In this document: one piece after another, positions 25,291-44,600 of the stretch | Position numbering within the stretch: the stretch's first letter is position 1 | Layout of the letters: every line of letters starts with the position of its first letter | Assembly: GCF_964355755.1 (NCBI RefSeq) | Contig: NC_092676.1 | Span: forward strand, 19,052,871-19,116,870 | Direction: 5' to 3' | Length of the DNA stretch: 64,000 bases | Source: Antedon mediterranea | Taxonomy: Eukaryota; Animalia; Echinodermata | Program-made: the position numbers and the translations under genes | The notes under the pieces: model-generated | Told to the model about the DNA's origin: nothing | The model's input: the letters and a program-made list of their open reading frames with translations, nothing else | The model's database searches: none

Positions 25291-25860
25291 ATCAACTGCC
25301 CACATCCAAAAGCCAAGCTCAACAACGTTGATATAGGCCTACTTATAAAAAAATGTTTATAATGTAAATAAACGAATTATACCAATCGTTGTGTAAACCC
25401 CAACCATTCTTACCAAACGGTCTCAGATTTGTAGTGGACCGTAGTAAATAATAAGCTTTTAATATTGTATATAATTGTGCGCATGCTCTTTTATAAATAC
25501 TCTCTCAAGTGATCAAAGTTTATTATTATTTGAACAGTATTATAAACATAAAAAAAAAGATGTTGTTGTTGTACTTGATATGATTGATGGGAACTCGGAG
25601 GGCGTGGAGAAGAGTAGATGGGAATGATAATATGATGTGATGAATAATGACGACCTATTCGTTTTATATTGTACGAGACATATAGACATGTATAACAATA
25701 CGAATGAATATGCCATATATGGATTTACTTTAATCTCTTTCTTTTTTATTATTCTTACAATTTATAACTTATTTATCGTACGAGTGATTATAAAATGTCA
25801 ATTCCAAACAAACAGAACCGTAAACTGGTGACGATATAGAGGGCGTACAGTTGAATAATC

Positions 25861-26020
25861 CATGCGCATCGAAACTGCGCATAGTATACGCTACCATGCA
25901 ACCATCGAAAACAACAGTCTGACTGAGTTTTTGTTATCAACTGCAGTGTTTACTCTTTTTTATGAAGTAAAATAACGTATTTCAGACATAGACATTTGTT
26001 TTTTAACACATATATTATAC
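25861..26020 (+). promoter_or_regulatory. Probable ROPN1L promoter / non-coding first exon with RFX X-box-like site
   Basis: GCTACCATGCAAC at 25890-25902 resembles the X-box of cilia genes. TGCGCA motifs lie just upstream and a strong donor AC|GTAAGT is at 26021. Confidence 0.45.
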
Positions 26021-27291
26021 GTAAGTAAAATTAATTTTCTAATAGTAGTTTTTAACTTGTATTTGCTTGCTAAAGTCTAGGCCGCTCGGTCAGGCGAATA
26101 AAGAGAGACGAGCTAGGGTCTTAGGGAGCATATAGGCCTAGCTAGGCCTATGCTAGGGGTGGGAGCACTTTTTATTAGGAAAGAAGCTTAGGGGGCTAGC
26201 GAGAAAAGCACAGTGTGAAGAAAGTGGAAGGATCGATAAGATATTGATTATATTGATAATTGATTGCAAGCTTGGTTGATTTTCCTAATTTACTACAGTA
26301 TATAGAAATATAGGCCTATCCAATCATACATTTACACGTTGGTAGATTTATGATTAATAATAATTATATTAATATTAATAAATAATGAACTTGAAAAATT
26401 GAGTTTACTTTATTAAATTTATTTATTTTGATAAATAATTTACTGTATATATTCGGGCGCCTTTATTCGAGAAACGTGTTTATTCATATGCATGCATTAA
26501 TTAATACGATATTTGAACACATTTTTTTAAATTTTGACGTAAAGAATACTTTTTACACTTTTTTTAAAACATATATTTATTTAATCAAATTGCTGTAAGC
26601 CCTACTACTACATACAGCCAAAATTTCTTTGAATTTTTTAATACAAATTGTATGTTTATTCTTATCTTTAATATATTTTTTTTATGTTCTATTTTTTTTT
26701 TCTTTCGCTGTATACTTTTTACACTTTTTGTTGACATACAGTAGGCCTAGGCCTAATCTATTTAAATAAAATTGCTGTAGTTCACTCTACATCCAAAATT
26801 TCTTTGTATTTTTATGAAGAATTTTTTTCGTATCTTATAAAATCCAGGCCAACTGATAGAGGTTGTAGCCTATATTTATTACTGTATATATTATTATTAG
26901 GTCTACCTGTATTTTCTTTTTGCTGAGTGTTGGTTTAAGACCAAGGCTATATCTATCTTATCTACTCCTGCAAACAATATTAATACAACACTATCTACAG
27001 TATATATATATGAAAGTGTAATAGGCCTATACAGTCAAGGAGAAAGTAGTTTAATTCCTCAATGTAAACAGATAGTAAGTAAATATGTAAAGCTTGGTTC
27101 ACACTACTACAGTAGGACATAACACAAGAACAATACTGTAAAATACAATACATGAATCACTTTTATTCTTGCCAATAACACTTCTTTATTTAAGTTCTTG
27201 TTTAAACTCAGTTATATTTCATAAAACATTTTACATTACAGGAACTTCTTAGTTAAAGACATACATGACTTCTAATCTAAATCATATTTGA

Positions 27292-31686
<4,395 letters not shown>

Positions 31687-32639
31687 AAAAAACACTAACA
31701 TATTCTTATCATTGTAAAAAACATGACCGGCAAACTTTACTTATTCATATTTCAACAAATAGCAACTGAATGGTTTTTTTTGTAAAGAATGTTATTTCTC
31801 ATAAAAAAGATAATTTTCTTTATAAAGCATTTTTATCAGAATTGTTTTAAACTACATTTTTAACCAAAAAATTGTTTTTTATTGTTTTTAATTTCATAAT
31901 CTTTATTTGAAAATGATATTGTTGTTTTACTGTCAGGGTAAAAACAAATTTAGTTTTAATAAGATCTTATGTACTGTATATATATAAAAAGTGTTTAATT
32001 TTTGTTTAGAAGTTAACTGTTGATAATATAAAATGTACATTATGCTTATTGTGTCTAGTGTTTTATTATTTTAATAAGTATTTAGTTCTCAGAAACATAA
32101 AATTATGGCAAACATGTGGCGATTTTATTGTATTATGGTCTAACTGCTTGGCAACTCAACCCAGAGACATACAGTATATAGCTTTTCTGCCTCTATACTA
32201 TTGTGTTAACTACCATCAACTGGCCAGCCTACCACATAATACTGAAGCATCTTCTATAATTCTTCACACAAAAAAAAACAACAAAACATAATTACATCTA
32301 TTATACATTTATTCTATTAGTAACTCTCAGTGTATCTAGGCAATTTCTTTCGACAGAGCAGGCACATTCCATTACTTAATAAATGTAACATATGACGCTG
32401 TATCATAGAACTTTCCAAAGACACTGAACAAATTAATATACAGTTTGGAGAATCGTACGATTCTATATTGTACAGATATGTTTACAAATTCTATCTATTT
32501 ACACAATAATATTTTAACATTCCAGATGTACAGCAACAGTATATATTTTATTTGATAAGCTGCATTGGCATAAGAAGAAACCAAAGCGATACTTTATATA
32601 TGAAACGCAACATAATTTTTACAAATTTGTCCTGCTTAA

Positions 32640-32972
32640 AGATGTATTGTCCCACTGAAAAATTTTTTTTTTTTCTAAATTTTTGGTTGAATATGCCATT
32701 TTAATGTCACATAATAGTTATCCACTTTGACCAAAAATTGGATCGAAAAGAAATTTATTTATTTGAAAAAAACGTAAAGAAAAATAGTCAAATTGGCTGC
32801 CAGCCAATAGGTTTTTTTGTTGAATTTAACCATTTATTTTCTCATTTTATAAGTGAAAACGGATGTTTTTTCCAAGTTTTCTACTGAAGTGATTAACGTT
32901 ATTAAAACTACAAAATAACCTATTCAAAGTCTGATTTAATTAATCTTCATGTTTTTGGGGGACAATACATCT
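32640..32972. mobile_element. TTAA-targeting MITE with AG...CT ends (Kolobok-type), best copy
   Basis: TTAA|AGATGTATTGTCCC ... GGGACAATACATCT|TTAA. Related copies at ~13830-14130, ~16430-16625, ~20150-20430, ~28442-28737 and ~30150-30445. Confidence 0.8.
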
Positions 32973-33060
32973 TTAAATAAATTGGCATTAAATACCAAAA
33001 TTAGAGGGACGGACACTTGGAGAGCGCAAACCTAAATATTCAAACAGCATTAAATACCAA

Positions 33061-33422
33061 AACTAGAAGAGCACTCAGAGAGCACAAACCTCTGCCTATA
33101 GGCACATAGGTTTCCATACAGCTATAAAACTATCCTTTACAATTTTATGAAATCGGACAATAACTTCTTGAGTAATCCTTACAATTTTATGAAATCGGAC
33201 AATAACTTCTTGAGTAATCCTTACAATTTTATGAAATCGGACAATAACTTCTTGAGTAATCCTTACAATTTTATGAAATCGGACAATAACTTCTTGAGTA
33301 ATCCTTACAATTTTATGAAATCGGACAATAACTTCTTGAGTAATCCTGCTAACTAAAACTATATAGAAAAAAACAAGCATATAAACACGCGTGATCAAGC
33401 ACATAAACTCTGGCCGAGGTAA
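33061..33422 (-). mobile_element. Helentron/HINE-type element carrying an internal 42-bp x5 tandem array
   Basis: Minus strand begins TTACCTCGGCCA and ends GGCAGAGGTTTGTGCTCTCTGAGTGCTCTTCTAGTT (subTIR, hairpin, CTAG|TT). The array at 33137-33346 has unit TTACAATTTTATGAAATCGGACAATAACTTCTTGAGTAATCC. Confidence 0.75.
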
Positions 33423-35344
33423 TCATATGTTGAACTTGCATTTACTATTTAAATATTTCTATGGTGTTATAATATAACCAGAATAATTGATATTACTGTA
33501 CGTCATTTCTGAACAAACATACACACAGATGAGGTATAACATTAAGGGAGGTAATAAATTCATTCAGACATATTAACATTTATGTAAATAGACCATAGAG
33601 AATCATAGAACCTTTATCTGCATATTAACCTAAAAGGAACTTTCCATAGAAGATTTCAGAATGATATGAAATTAATACAATGTACACATTTACATAACAT
33701 TAACAATTATTATATAATTGTAAACAGCACATTTGTATACAGTATATACAAAAAGATAAATTTTTATTTAATATTTACAATGATATCGGTTATGTTTAAA
33801 ATAAAGTCATGTTTTAATTTAGTCACAAAAAAATTCAAGTTGGCATGCTTTTGATGATACTGGCCACCTAAAAACAACCTACTTTACACAGGGAGTTGTA
33901 ATTAACAACTCACTGCTTTACATAAACATAAATATCCCTCTAGGTCATGGTAAAAAGGTTACAATAAAATGCATATCTACAGGAGATCACACAAAATGCT
34001 ATTAGTTTAATTTATCATGACTAAAATAAAACACAACACATTTCATCATTCACCATTAAACCAAGTGGCTGGAATTATTATTTTACACCAATTAAATTCT
34101 TTATACACAAGCACCACTTAAATAATTGTAATTGTAAAAAATATTAATACCAGTTTGCCTGCATAAAATTATTTATAATTCCTTTCTATGGATAAATATT
34201 TAGGAATATTTTTTATAGTTTTCGCATTCATATTTTTAATTGTAAAAAATTATTTACGAACATTTTATTTCACAAAAATATCTACCATTTGAATTATTTA
34301 TCTATTACGCGACTATTGCGTTTTTACCTAAGAGAATGTACTAACTCAAGCATAGCCCCACTAAAGGTAAGATTTTTAAAATGTAGTGATCACATGATAG
34401 GCACCTTTAACCACTCTTAAATGATTACCTAACTATATATTACTGTATTATCTTACTTACATGCATCATTTAACAAGATGCAGTTCGATATTGATATGTT
34501 GCTCATTTGCATAATTTAATCGACTTTCACACTTTGTTTGGTCATGTTAAAACTTTATCAAGGAACGCTTCAATTATTTCTTGACGCAATATTTTTGACA
34601 GATTGTAAAATATTATATCTAAAATAATAAATTGAAATCATTTTTCTATTTTGATGGAAATAAAATTGATGCAGTAGATATTTCAGTCCGTTTCCTTCCA
34701 GAGACACCATCATATCCTATCGCCATCATTCTTAATAATCATTTTTCTCTTCTTTGGTATCAATATTACAACACCCCCACCCCCCCCACAAATCACCTCA
34801 TTTGTCAAGTAAAAAATTTTAAAAACAAAAAATATTAAAAATGTGTATACTGGCCTCCAGATCATATTTTAATAATTATATGTTTGGTTTAAAATTGCAT
34901 TGTCTCTTAATGCCCATCTATAATAAATAATATACTTATTATTTTATATACACAGTTTTACATGACAAACATCTTTTGTTCCACGTAACAAAACAATATA
35001 CTACTAACTCTTTTGTATTGAACACAGAAAGGTATTGGATAATTCCTTACCTCCACCGAATGTTAGCATACCTACTGGTTTAAATACATGTAATATTACT
35101 TTTGTTTAAACAATTTCATCAGCTGTCTGGTAATAATCTAGTTAGCACAACGGCAGCCATTATCAAAAAATAAATTATAAAAATACTACTGAGCAAAAAC
35201 AGAGCAAATAAATACATCTAAACTGTTTAGTTTAATTCAAATAAAAATATTTTATAAATAAATTGCATTTGAAAAAAAGTATTTGAATAAAAATAAAAAT
35301 TACAGCTGCATAAAATATTGAAATATGGACTAATAATAAGTTAT

Positions 35345-35570
35345 GTACTGCGTTTTATAAAGCAGACTCTTCGCTAAACTGACCAATAAGTGATTGCGTT
35401 TTATAAAGCAGACTTATGTCAAACTGGCCATAGGTGACTGCGTTTTATAAAGCAGACTTATGTCAAACTGACCAATAGGTGACTGCATTTTATAAAGCAG
35501 ACACTTGAACAATTAAAATAATTTGAATACATTTTGTAAAGTAGACGTTCTATAAAATGCAGTCGCTTAC
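35345..35570. repeat. ~55-bp tandem repeat x3 within a small inverted-repeat element just 3' of the PNPLA2 stop
   Basis: ACTGCGTTTTATAAAGCAGACT recurs about every 45-55 bp. An inverted TATAAAATGCAGT lies at ~35551. Confidence 0.6.
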
Positions 35571-35627
35571 TGAAATTTGTGATATATACATTATAAGTTT
35601 GAGTTTAGCCGATTAAATTCTACGCCC

Positions 35628-38600
35628 TTACACTTCTTGCACACTTATGTGCGACTCTTTGGTTTCGTGATTTACAATTTGATTAACATGTAAGTAATGG
35701 CATTCAGCTGCACTTTCTGTTACATTCGCCAACTTAATTGTATAATCAAACGTGTCTTGCGCATTCCGCCGCGGGACTGGTGCTACGCTCGATGGTGATG
35801 CAATATCCTCACACATGTCAAATGAATCAATTACCGAATCTGGTAAATCCGACGCCATTTCCATTTCAAAGTGGAAATTGAAATTGTGAAGCTTCTTCGG
35901 CGCCGTAGCTATGTCTAATGCCTCTAGACTACAGGTGTCGCAGTCGGTGATTGCAGAAGCGTGTCCAACGGACGTCATCGGGTAGCCTGCCAAGGGCTTA
36001 AGAAGGTCTTCAGTGACCGCCAATTGACATGAAAATCTAAAAATATTTACCATAGTGCTTTTAGAATTATTTAATAAATTAATAAAGTGAAACAAAGCAT
36101 AGGCACACTTAAATGCAAAGATTTTCATTTTTTTATACTTATAATAAATAAAATGAAATATCAAAAATTTAAAACTTGCTGTGTACTCCCAAATAAAAAC
36201 GCGAAATAAATAACATACAAAAAAATAATAATACAGATTTCTAGAGCGCATCTTGCAACAAATGTGCTCACAGCGCTTTTGAATGCTTATAGTATGCACT
36301 CACCTCAGATTAAATGCATTATAAAATTGCGAATTTAAAATGGAAAGAATTAGGCATATGATTATGTATAAGCCTGGGCAAAAAGATGAGTTTTTAATAA
36401 TCTTTTAAAAATCCTTTAGATTCAACATTTATTGTAGTTTTTTTTTTCAAACAAGGAGACATACTAAATAAATTAGCGGTTATTAATTATCTATCACATG
36501 TATCAAAAAGTAGTTCATAATTTCATTTTAGCTGTCAAAAGTTCGAGCCTAAGTGCAACACTCCCCACGGGATCCAGCCCTGTTTGATATTTTGGAAGGC
36601 TGTAACTATTTACCTGGCACTGAAGTCATGTCTGCCAGAGTTAAGGTGGTCTATAATATACTTGATGAGACTTCCTAGTCCACACAAGAACCACTGCGAG
36701 TCAGCTGGTAAGTACGGCAACCATTTGGCAAATCTGGGTAAACAAATTTGATTTTAAGTACACTTTTAAAAAATAGTAATAAAATTTCATTTGAATTTAT
36801 TAAGTAAACAATTGTTCTTTCTTAACCTTTTGTTGTCAATATTCTTATTTTATAACTATTATCTTGAACGGAAATTATTAGCAGATAAACACACACTTGT
36901 CAAGTAACCTTTGTATCACAACTTATGTGAATGAAATGGGGTGATTTTGTGGTCAGCATGTTGAAATTATGTCCTACTACTTTATAAACTTCTAACCTTT
37001 GACCCCACTCACAATCGCAGGAAATATGGATACTTGAGTCTGTTAATTATCAACTACCTTGTTTGTATTCTTACATTTAAAAAAAGTAAAAATTACAGCT
37101 CATGTTGAAACTAAATTAAGTAATAATCTAAATGCATATGGTAAAAATATTTATTTTAAAATATATTATATTTATTAACCATTGTTCGTAAAGCTCTATG
37201 AAATGCATCCTTAATAATTTCAACTGCATAAAAGAAATATTCGTACAGTACATGACAATTTTCTTTACATGAATATAAAGCTCTGTCTACACTATCAAAC
37301 TTTATGTGACAAAAAAAATGTGATATGCCCATATATGGACACGATGACATCGTATATCACTACCATATTTGGACACATCACCCTTTTAGTTGATAAGTGT
37401 AGACAGAGCTTAAGACACAGTATAATCCTTATATGCACTAGTTCAAGGCAAACAATTCTAATTTTGGATTAATTTCCTAATTGCCTTAGTGTTAATTAAT
37501 ATCATATTTCCTTCATCAGGTACTGTACAACTACAAGATATAATCTTGTTTTTTAATTTCTATAATTCAATTGGTAGTCCGTACAAAAAAGAGCGACAAA
37601 ACATAAACTTATCAACTAGCAATTTTCATAATAAATTATTGCGCAACTGCTGTAGTTAGCAAGCTCTCGTAGGTGTCAGAATGCAATGCCAACGCATTTT
37701 AGTGACATGCATTTGTCATAAATAATAAATGTGAACACATTAAAAGACAGTAACACGCTATTAATAAATAATATGTCGATTCAGCTGAATTGGCCTCGCT
37801 TGAACATTAGGACAGATAAATTTACTTAATGTAAATTGACAACTGAATATATTATACTTCTAGTGCTCAAATGTGTGACTTGTTTAATAACTATATTATA
37901 ATTTAACTCTTTGGTAAAGTACATTTTGATATCTTTTTTGGTATTTGTCTGTATTAATTAACTATTTGTATGCCTAGTGTATAAACATTATTGACATAAT
38001 TTCATAAACATCTTCATGTCGTACAACTACTCGTAACATTTTTTCTCAACTTTCTATCATCTAAAAGTCGTAGTTAGTCATGCCTCGGGTCACATTCTAT
38101 GGTCATCGTACAGGTAGGCTACTACATTAGTACTTCTATGAATGGATGACTAGCCGGTGACAATAACGCTAGTTGGTCATACCCAGTACCGTTTTGATTT
38201 TACGATCATTCGGGAAACCACCTCACGACAATCGAACAAAACTGCATTGTATTTTATGTTTTATATTAGATTAAAACTAAAACTGTTCCAATGTCGAAGT
38301 AAAAATAATATATTCGTTTATTATTAACAGTTTATTGTTAGTCCAGTTAGTATTTCGACAATAATCATAGAATGTGTTCTGAAACTATTAATTGTAGAAG
38401 CAAAGAAATAGGTAATAATAACTATTGGAATAAAAACAAACTAAAAACAGTGACTGTTCATAAAAACATTGTAATTTAAAACAAAACTACTACAACAGGT
38501 ACAAAAACATTGGATTTTGCTATCTGAAATAAAACTCCTCTCCCTCCATTGGTCTCCAACCACACTCTCCACCTGTCCCCAAACAGTCCACTTGGTCCCC

Positions 38601-41600
38601 CTCCACTCTCTTCACCAGTCCCCAACCATCCTACTGGTCCTCCAGTCACTTTCTGTACTTAACTGGAGTCACAAATGAAATTAATTTGTAACAAGATCTT
38701 ACCTTACAGAATAGGTTATAGCCGTTTCAATTGGTAGAATATACGGTAACGTAAATAATGAAATTGCTTGGTATAATCTATTGTTGTAAATGTAATTCAT
38801 AAGGCCCTTATTAACTGCATTACTGGCTTCTTCTAGAGCTGTAAAAATAGATTGGTTATTATATTGATTAGATTTTTTTATAATAAAGTTGTTTAAAGAA
38901 AAGCTTTTATTAGCAATGACATGACAGCAGAGAATTATGTAAAACATATATTGCTTGCCCTTCATTCATTTCAAAAGTAATTAATACGGTGTCCCATAAG
39001 GGTTCTATACTTATTTGTTTACACCCTGCTCCCTTTAGCAAACATATTTTTATATGCTTAACAACTACTGTAGATCAGGCCTAAACTAGACTAGTAATTA
39101 TTTTGCTTTTAGATCCTTATTCTTACCTGCAGTGACCTGAGGTGGCAGCTTCTTGTTAACCTTCAAATGATGCGTATGTTTTTGGCAATCTTCGCAATGA
39201 TGCGTAGCATCCCCGTCTACCTCGTCATCTTCCTCCTCGCTAAAGAAGTCATCATTCGACCACTCCATCCACGATTCTTCTTTCTCGCAGATATCCGGCA
39301 GATCCCGCCCTAGAAACTCTCGTAGAATAGCCAATTCATTATTGTTCACAGTGTCCGAATCTCTGGAAAAAAGTCTTCTCTTTGGCGATTTAGATTGTTT
39401 AATCTGTTCCTTCTCATCTAAATCTTCTTGCGTTTGGTTTAGTTTATGACCAGTAGTCAAGTTAGCGATGTTAGGCGTTGATGCATTCCGCGGGAGAGAT
39501 TGATGCAGTTTGCGAAGTTCCTTTTGTTGCTGAGTGCTAATATCTAATGATGGCACAGATGCTGATCTGTAGTACTGTATATGCTTGTTACATGGAATTA
39601 TAGCTGAAAAAAAAAAACATTATATTGTTTACTATAGAATTAAAACTTGTTTTCATAAAGTAGAAAACTGTTCAAATTACTCATTGAATTGGAAGATGAT
39701 TACGAATGTAAGCTGATGCTATTGATTCGTGCAAACCAATTTGCCTAGTGGAAAACAGGCTTACAGTATGATCAATCCTTTCCTAAATTGATTGGTGACA
39801 GTGGCTTAGGCTGCTTTTGTGCTTTCCTGGCAGCTAGTTAATTTTATATTTTCTTGCCTTGCATCGTGTTTGTTTAATTTGTTGATTTGTATTATATTTT
39901 CTAATAACAACAATAAATCCATGAACTATACTAGGCTGTACTACTGTCGTATTTTCCTACTAATACTATAGAGTAATTTTGTAATAGAAAAACACTGTAG
40001 CATAGGGAAACAAAATTAATATGAACAGTATTTCAAATCCACCCCAAGTATATATCTTGAAAATGAGGAAAGATTAATGAACAGCTCCAGTGAACATCTA
40101 TTGAAAATCAATTGTTGTACTGGCTATTCACACTTTACAACAGTTGGCTACACTACTGTAGCATCACACAACAACCTGTCTAGAATGCATTATTGTATAT
40201 TATATAACACCTATATAAATTCCTGTCATTTGATTGGACGAATGTGGGTCACATGGCGTGCAATAGTACGCACTATTCAACGATCGTTAAATAGTACTTT
40301 TTGAAACATTTTTGTGTACGAAAAAAAAACGTCTAGATGTTATATAAAACAAATAATGAATGTTTTGTATTCGTGTAATGGTACAAATAATGGCACTTGG
40401 TGAATGATGAAAGGTTATATCAACTCGGCTTTGCCTCGTTGATATAACCTTTCATCATTCACCTCGTGCCATTATTTGTACCATTGCACTCATAAACATT
40501 CATTATTTGTATACTATAGGGCTTTTTAACTCACAAATACTTAATGATTGTGTCTTAATTAACATTTATACAAAGTTTCAGGGTTTTTAATTTCAAAGAC
40601 AAAGAAAACTAATTTTAAAAACTTTGTTCTGTCACTGGAGAAATTTGTGCCTCCTGCCTTTTGACAGCCAAAATTAAAATGAACCACATTTTCAATAGAA
40701 TATTTTATGTTGGCGCTCCCCTGTAATCCTATACATTAAATGACATTTAATAATATTCTGTATGGTATTTATGTACGATATTAAACATGTTTATTATAAA
40801 TGACGATATTAAAGGCATGTTTATATTATGGTATTATTAAAGACATGTTTATATTATACGGTAATTAAATTCATCTTAATGGTTTAAACACATCTAGAAA
40901 TGTGTGTAGGCTGTATTTCAATGCCGATCGATCAACAAGCAGAAACCATCCATGCATATAAATATATGATCATTAGATTAAATGTTCCAATCTATAACAT
41001 GATAATTGCTATCTATATTTACTGGCTAATTTATTTATCAAAAGAAGACTTGTGCAATGATATTGATGAATTACCCTAGAAGGAAAATAAGATTTCATCC
41101 ATGAATTACTGCTATTAATATTAGATACCACAATTTAATGATTTTATGGTTTAATTATGGTATTTTATGTTACATTCTTCTTAATAGTAAAAGTTTCATA
41201 CAGTTTTTTGTTTTTTTCCCTCTCCTATCTATGTGTAAACAATTCTTAAAATGTCTTTCGTGAACTACAGAGGCAATAAGTTTGATCTGCATCCAGATTT
41301 CGTTATGAAAATTTGAGAAAATGTTTAAAAAAATGAATAGGTTTCTTCTGCTTGAGGTTATTATATATTCTAGGCTAGGGAAACTTGTATCAAATCTGAC
41401 CCCTAATTGTATTAATTAGAAATGCATGCTTTGTATAGGATTTAAAAAGGCTAAAAATTGGTGAAAAAGAGACTAATCCTAACGACTTTGTTTCGGACAT
41501 TGTACAGAGTATTTCTGTCATGTCAGAAATAGTAGGGATAAATTTGTTGGATTTACTGTATTTTTAAAATTTGGAAAATATTTTTATGTTCGTAAACTTT

Positions 41601-44600
41601 TATTACACCATGTAGCTGATATCTATTTTATGAGATCTCCTTGCATTGTTTGCCTTCTATTCTAAGTGGCTTTTCAACTTATTCATTGATATAGTTGTTA
41701 TTATACTGACTGTTGTCATTGTTTTCTAGATTATCATTCTTTACTGTCATTATGTTTTATCTGATGATAATGACATGACAATGGTATTTTGCTTTTGAAA
41801 CAGAACATGTTGGTTAGATTTTTTTCTAGAATTTGAATAAATCTTTATAACAGAGAAGTGTGCTTTTATTATTATCAGTTATATGGCTAAATCACATCGA
41901 CCATCAGATACATTGCATTGCGTTGCTCACTAATAATTGTTTTGTTTTTTGCCAGGCATAACCATGACAAATCCATTCACTATCCATCTTAAATGTGGCA
42001 AACATATAGACAAGATGTTCTAATATAAACAAAGTCGTATTACAAGTCTTTGGGAGTGGAGTAAATTGTCATTAAAAAACATTCTGACTCTGAGGACTCG
42101 AACCCTGGACCCTTGGATTGGTAGCCAAGCATAATTCATAACCACCAAACCATAACTTCACTCCAGTAATCCACCACTTCTGAAAATAAAAAGTCTGAAA
42201 TAAAAGTTCACTTACTATTTTTTTGTAAATATGTTAGTGTGTCGTCAAAGCCTTGTTGGCACATCTTTCGAAGGATCTCTGGATCAGGAGGAAAGAGCGC
42301 CCTCGATAAGCGATATAAATTACTCGGTGTTATCTGAATGTAAGTGTTTGATAGAGACACCTGGAGGTAGCTACTAAAATCATCAGAGGGCGGACATATA
42401 TCACTTTCACCAGAGAACGGTGAAACAGTAATGGTTCCTTCACCAAGAGACGGCAGGTTGTCACTTATACCACCATCAACATATTTCTAAAGTAATATAA
42501 AATAATAAAATTTGTTAAGCACACATATCCATTGTTTGAAGGCTTGCATGGCGAAATCAAATATTTATATTTTAAAGTTTGCGGCACCATGTATATTTAG
42601 TTAGTGAAAAGAACTGTCAAGTTTCTGGATATTTCACACAATCCACCAAAGTTCTCAAGGCGCAATTTAAGGTGAAAAAGTTTAATACAGTAATTTCTCA
42701 TTTCAGTCTAAAATTATTTTTTTTATAAATATCTTGGCGAGTCCTGATTGTTATTTTAACAATATGTATTATGACATTGGCGCCGCTGTCAAGGTTTTCA
42801 AACAACAGGCAAAAAAAAAACAAAAAAAAAGAGAACAATGGTATTCAAGAGGTCACTTTCAACATCTTCCACTGATTATATTTATCATAAAACAATCAAA
42901 CAACTACAATAGGCCATTGTTAATTTTCACTACTGAGTACACATGATATAATTTTTCAATCCTAAAGGTACTTACCACGCCTTTATATGATGGTGGGATG
43001 ATTCCAGAGTAAAACGGAATAAACGCACTACATAGTAATACCTAGAATATTGTAAAGAAAATTGTGTTAACTGTTAATATACAAAATTATCGACAGTTTT
43101 AGGGGTTTTGTTTTAGACAATGGGTTGCCTTATCAGGAAATCAATTATCATTATGAGTATTGTGTTACTTAATTGTTTAGTTTATAAAATATAAAATTAC
43201 GGACAGTTAGGTTTTTTTTTCTTCGAAGGGCAGAATTACCGTACCTCCCAATGATTTATAGTTTTTAGATAACTAATAGTTTTTGGGGACATACTACAAT
43301 TGGTATTGTGGCACAGTAAAAAATCTTATGGAAAAGTAGGGGTATAACCCGGTGTAAAATGTCTTTCACACCTGTTCAGGCACAGTTCCGGACCGGCTCT
43401 CCATGTGACTATGCGCCAATCGATATGCGCATAGCCTCGTGAAAACAAAACATTGACGTTCCATTTGATTTGTTGGCCCCGAAACTGTGCCGGCACAGGT
43501 GTGAATTAAAGACCCTTATGTTCACCTCAGCCCCTGTCATTTTGTGGACAGATGAATGAGTGCCAATTGATTGATTTTTGATCATTTTCGAAAAGCACTA
43601 TATTATAGAACACACCAACCTGTATCAGGTCTTCATTGCTTTCAAACTCTGATATGATTACATTTTTCCGATTGGATAATCTAGTCAGTGAGATGAATAT
43701 TCTGCCAGAAACCTTCTTGTAAGCATCATCTGGCAGCACCCGCAGTAGACCATCTTTGAGGATTTTCTGTACATTAAAGCTAGGATGCAATGGACCCAGT
43801 GTTCTGGAACGAGCCTGCCTTGCCATGTTTAAAACATCTTGCGTTATAGAACCTAAAACAGGAAAAAGTCCCCTAATTAGATTTAAGTTTATCACTGTAG
43901 GTAAAAGTTGAGACAGCATTCTGATTGTCTATATATACTGTACTGTAGGTCAATTTCTGTTGAGTGCATATTGAGTTCACAATCATATGAGGACATGTCT
44001 GCATAATTACGCTTACAGACATGTCAGTTGTCCTCAGTGTAAACTTTATTATTATACAGTCAAGGCTCATTGTACTCATACTGTTCAGTATGATCCTGGT
44101 GGTGTACCACAGTAGACAAGATCAGGCGCCCAGAACATCATAGTTTTAAATTTCGATTCAATAATTTCCCTCCAAATACAGTACTATAATTAGCACTGAC
44201 GAAGGTAGTGTTAACCGAAAACTATTCTTTCTGGCTTTTTTAACTTCATAGTTTGATTTTGCTTTTTTTCTCCATTGAGATCCAGCCACAGCATTTTTGC
44301 CTTTGAATACTAATATTATATCAAAATAATATAATAGGTTTTGTCACTGTCAGTGTCAGGTCATGAACTGATAATATCACCTCATTATTGTAGGCAATAC
44401 CTTTTTAAAAATAATTGTTATCTAACATCACACCATCATGAACAATGTTGATGATATAAATTATCCTAAGTAATATAATAATGATATCTATCTGTTCTTG
44501 TTAAAATTATCTTCTGTACATAAAAGAAATCAAAAGCAAACACTTTTAGTATGTAGGCCTAAAATTAATTTATTGCAAGGTCATGTCATTGTCAGACAAT

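Noticed and set aside
33096-33404. ORFs with repeated RITQEVIVRFHKIV / MKSDNNFLSNPYNF peptides
   Set aside because: By-product of a stop-free 42-bp array inside a non-coding transposon.
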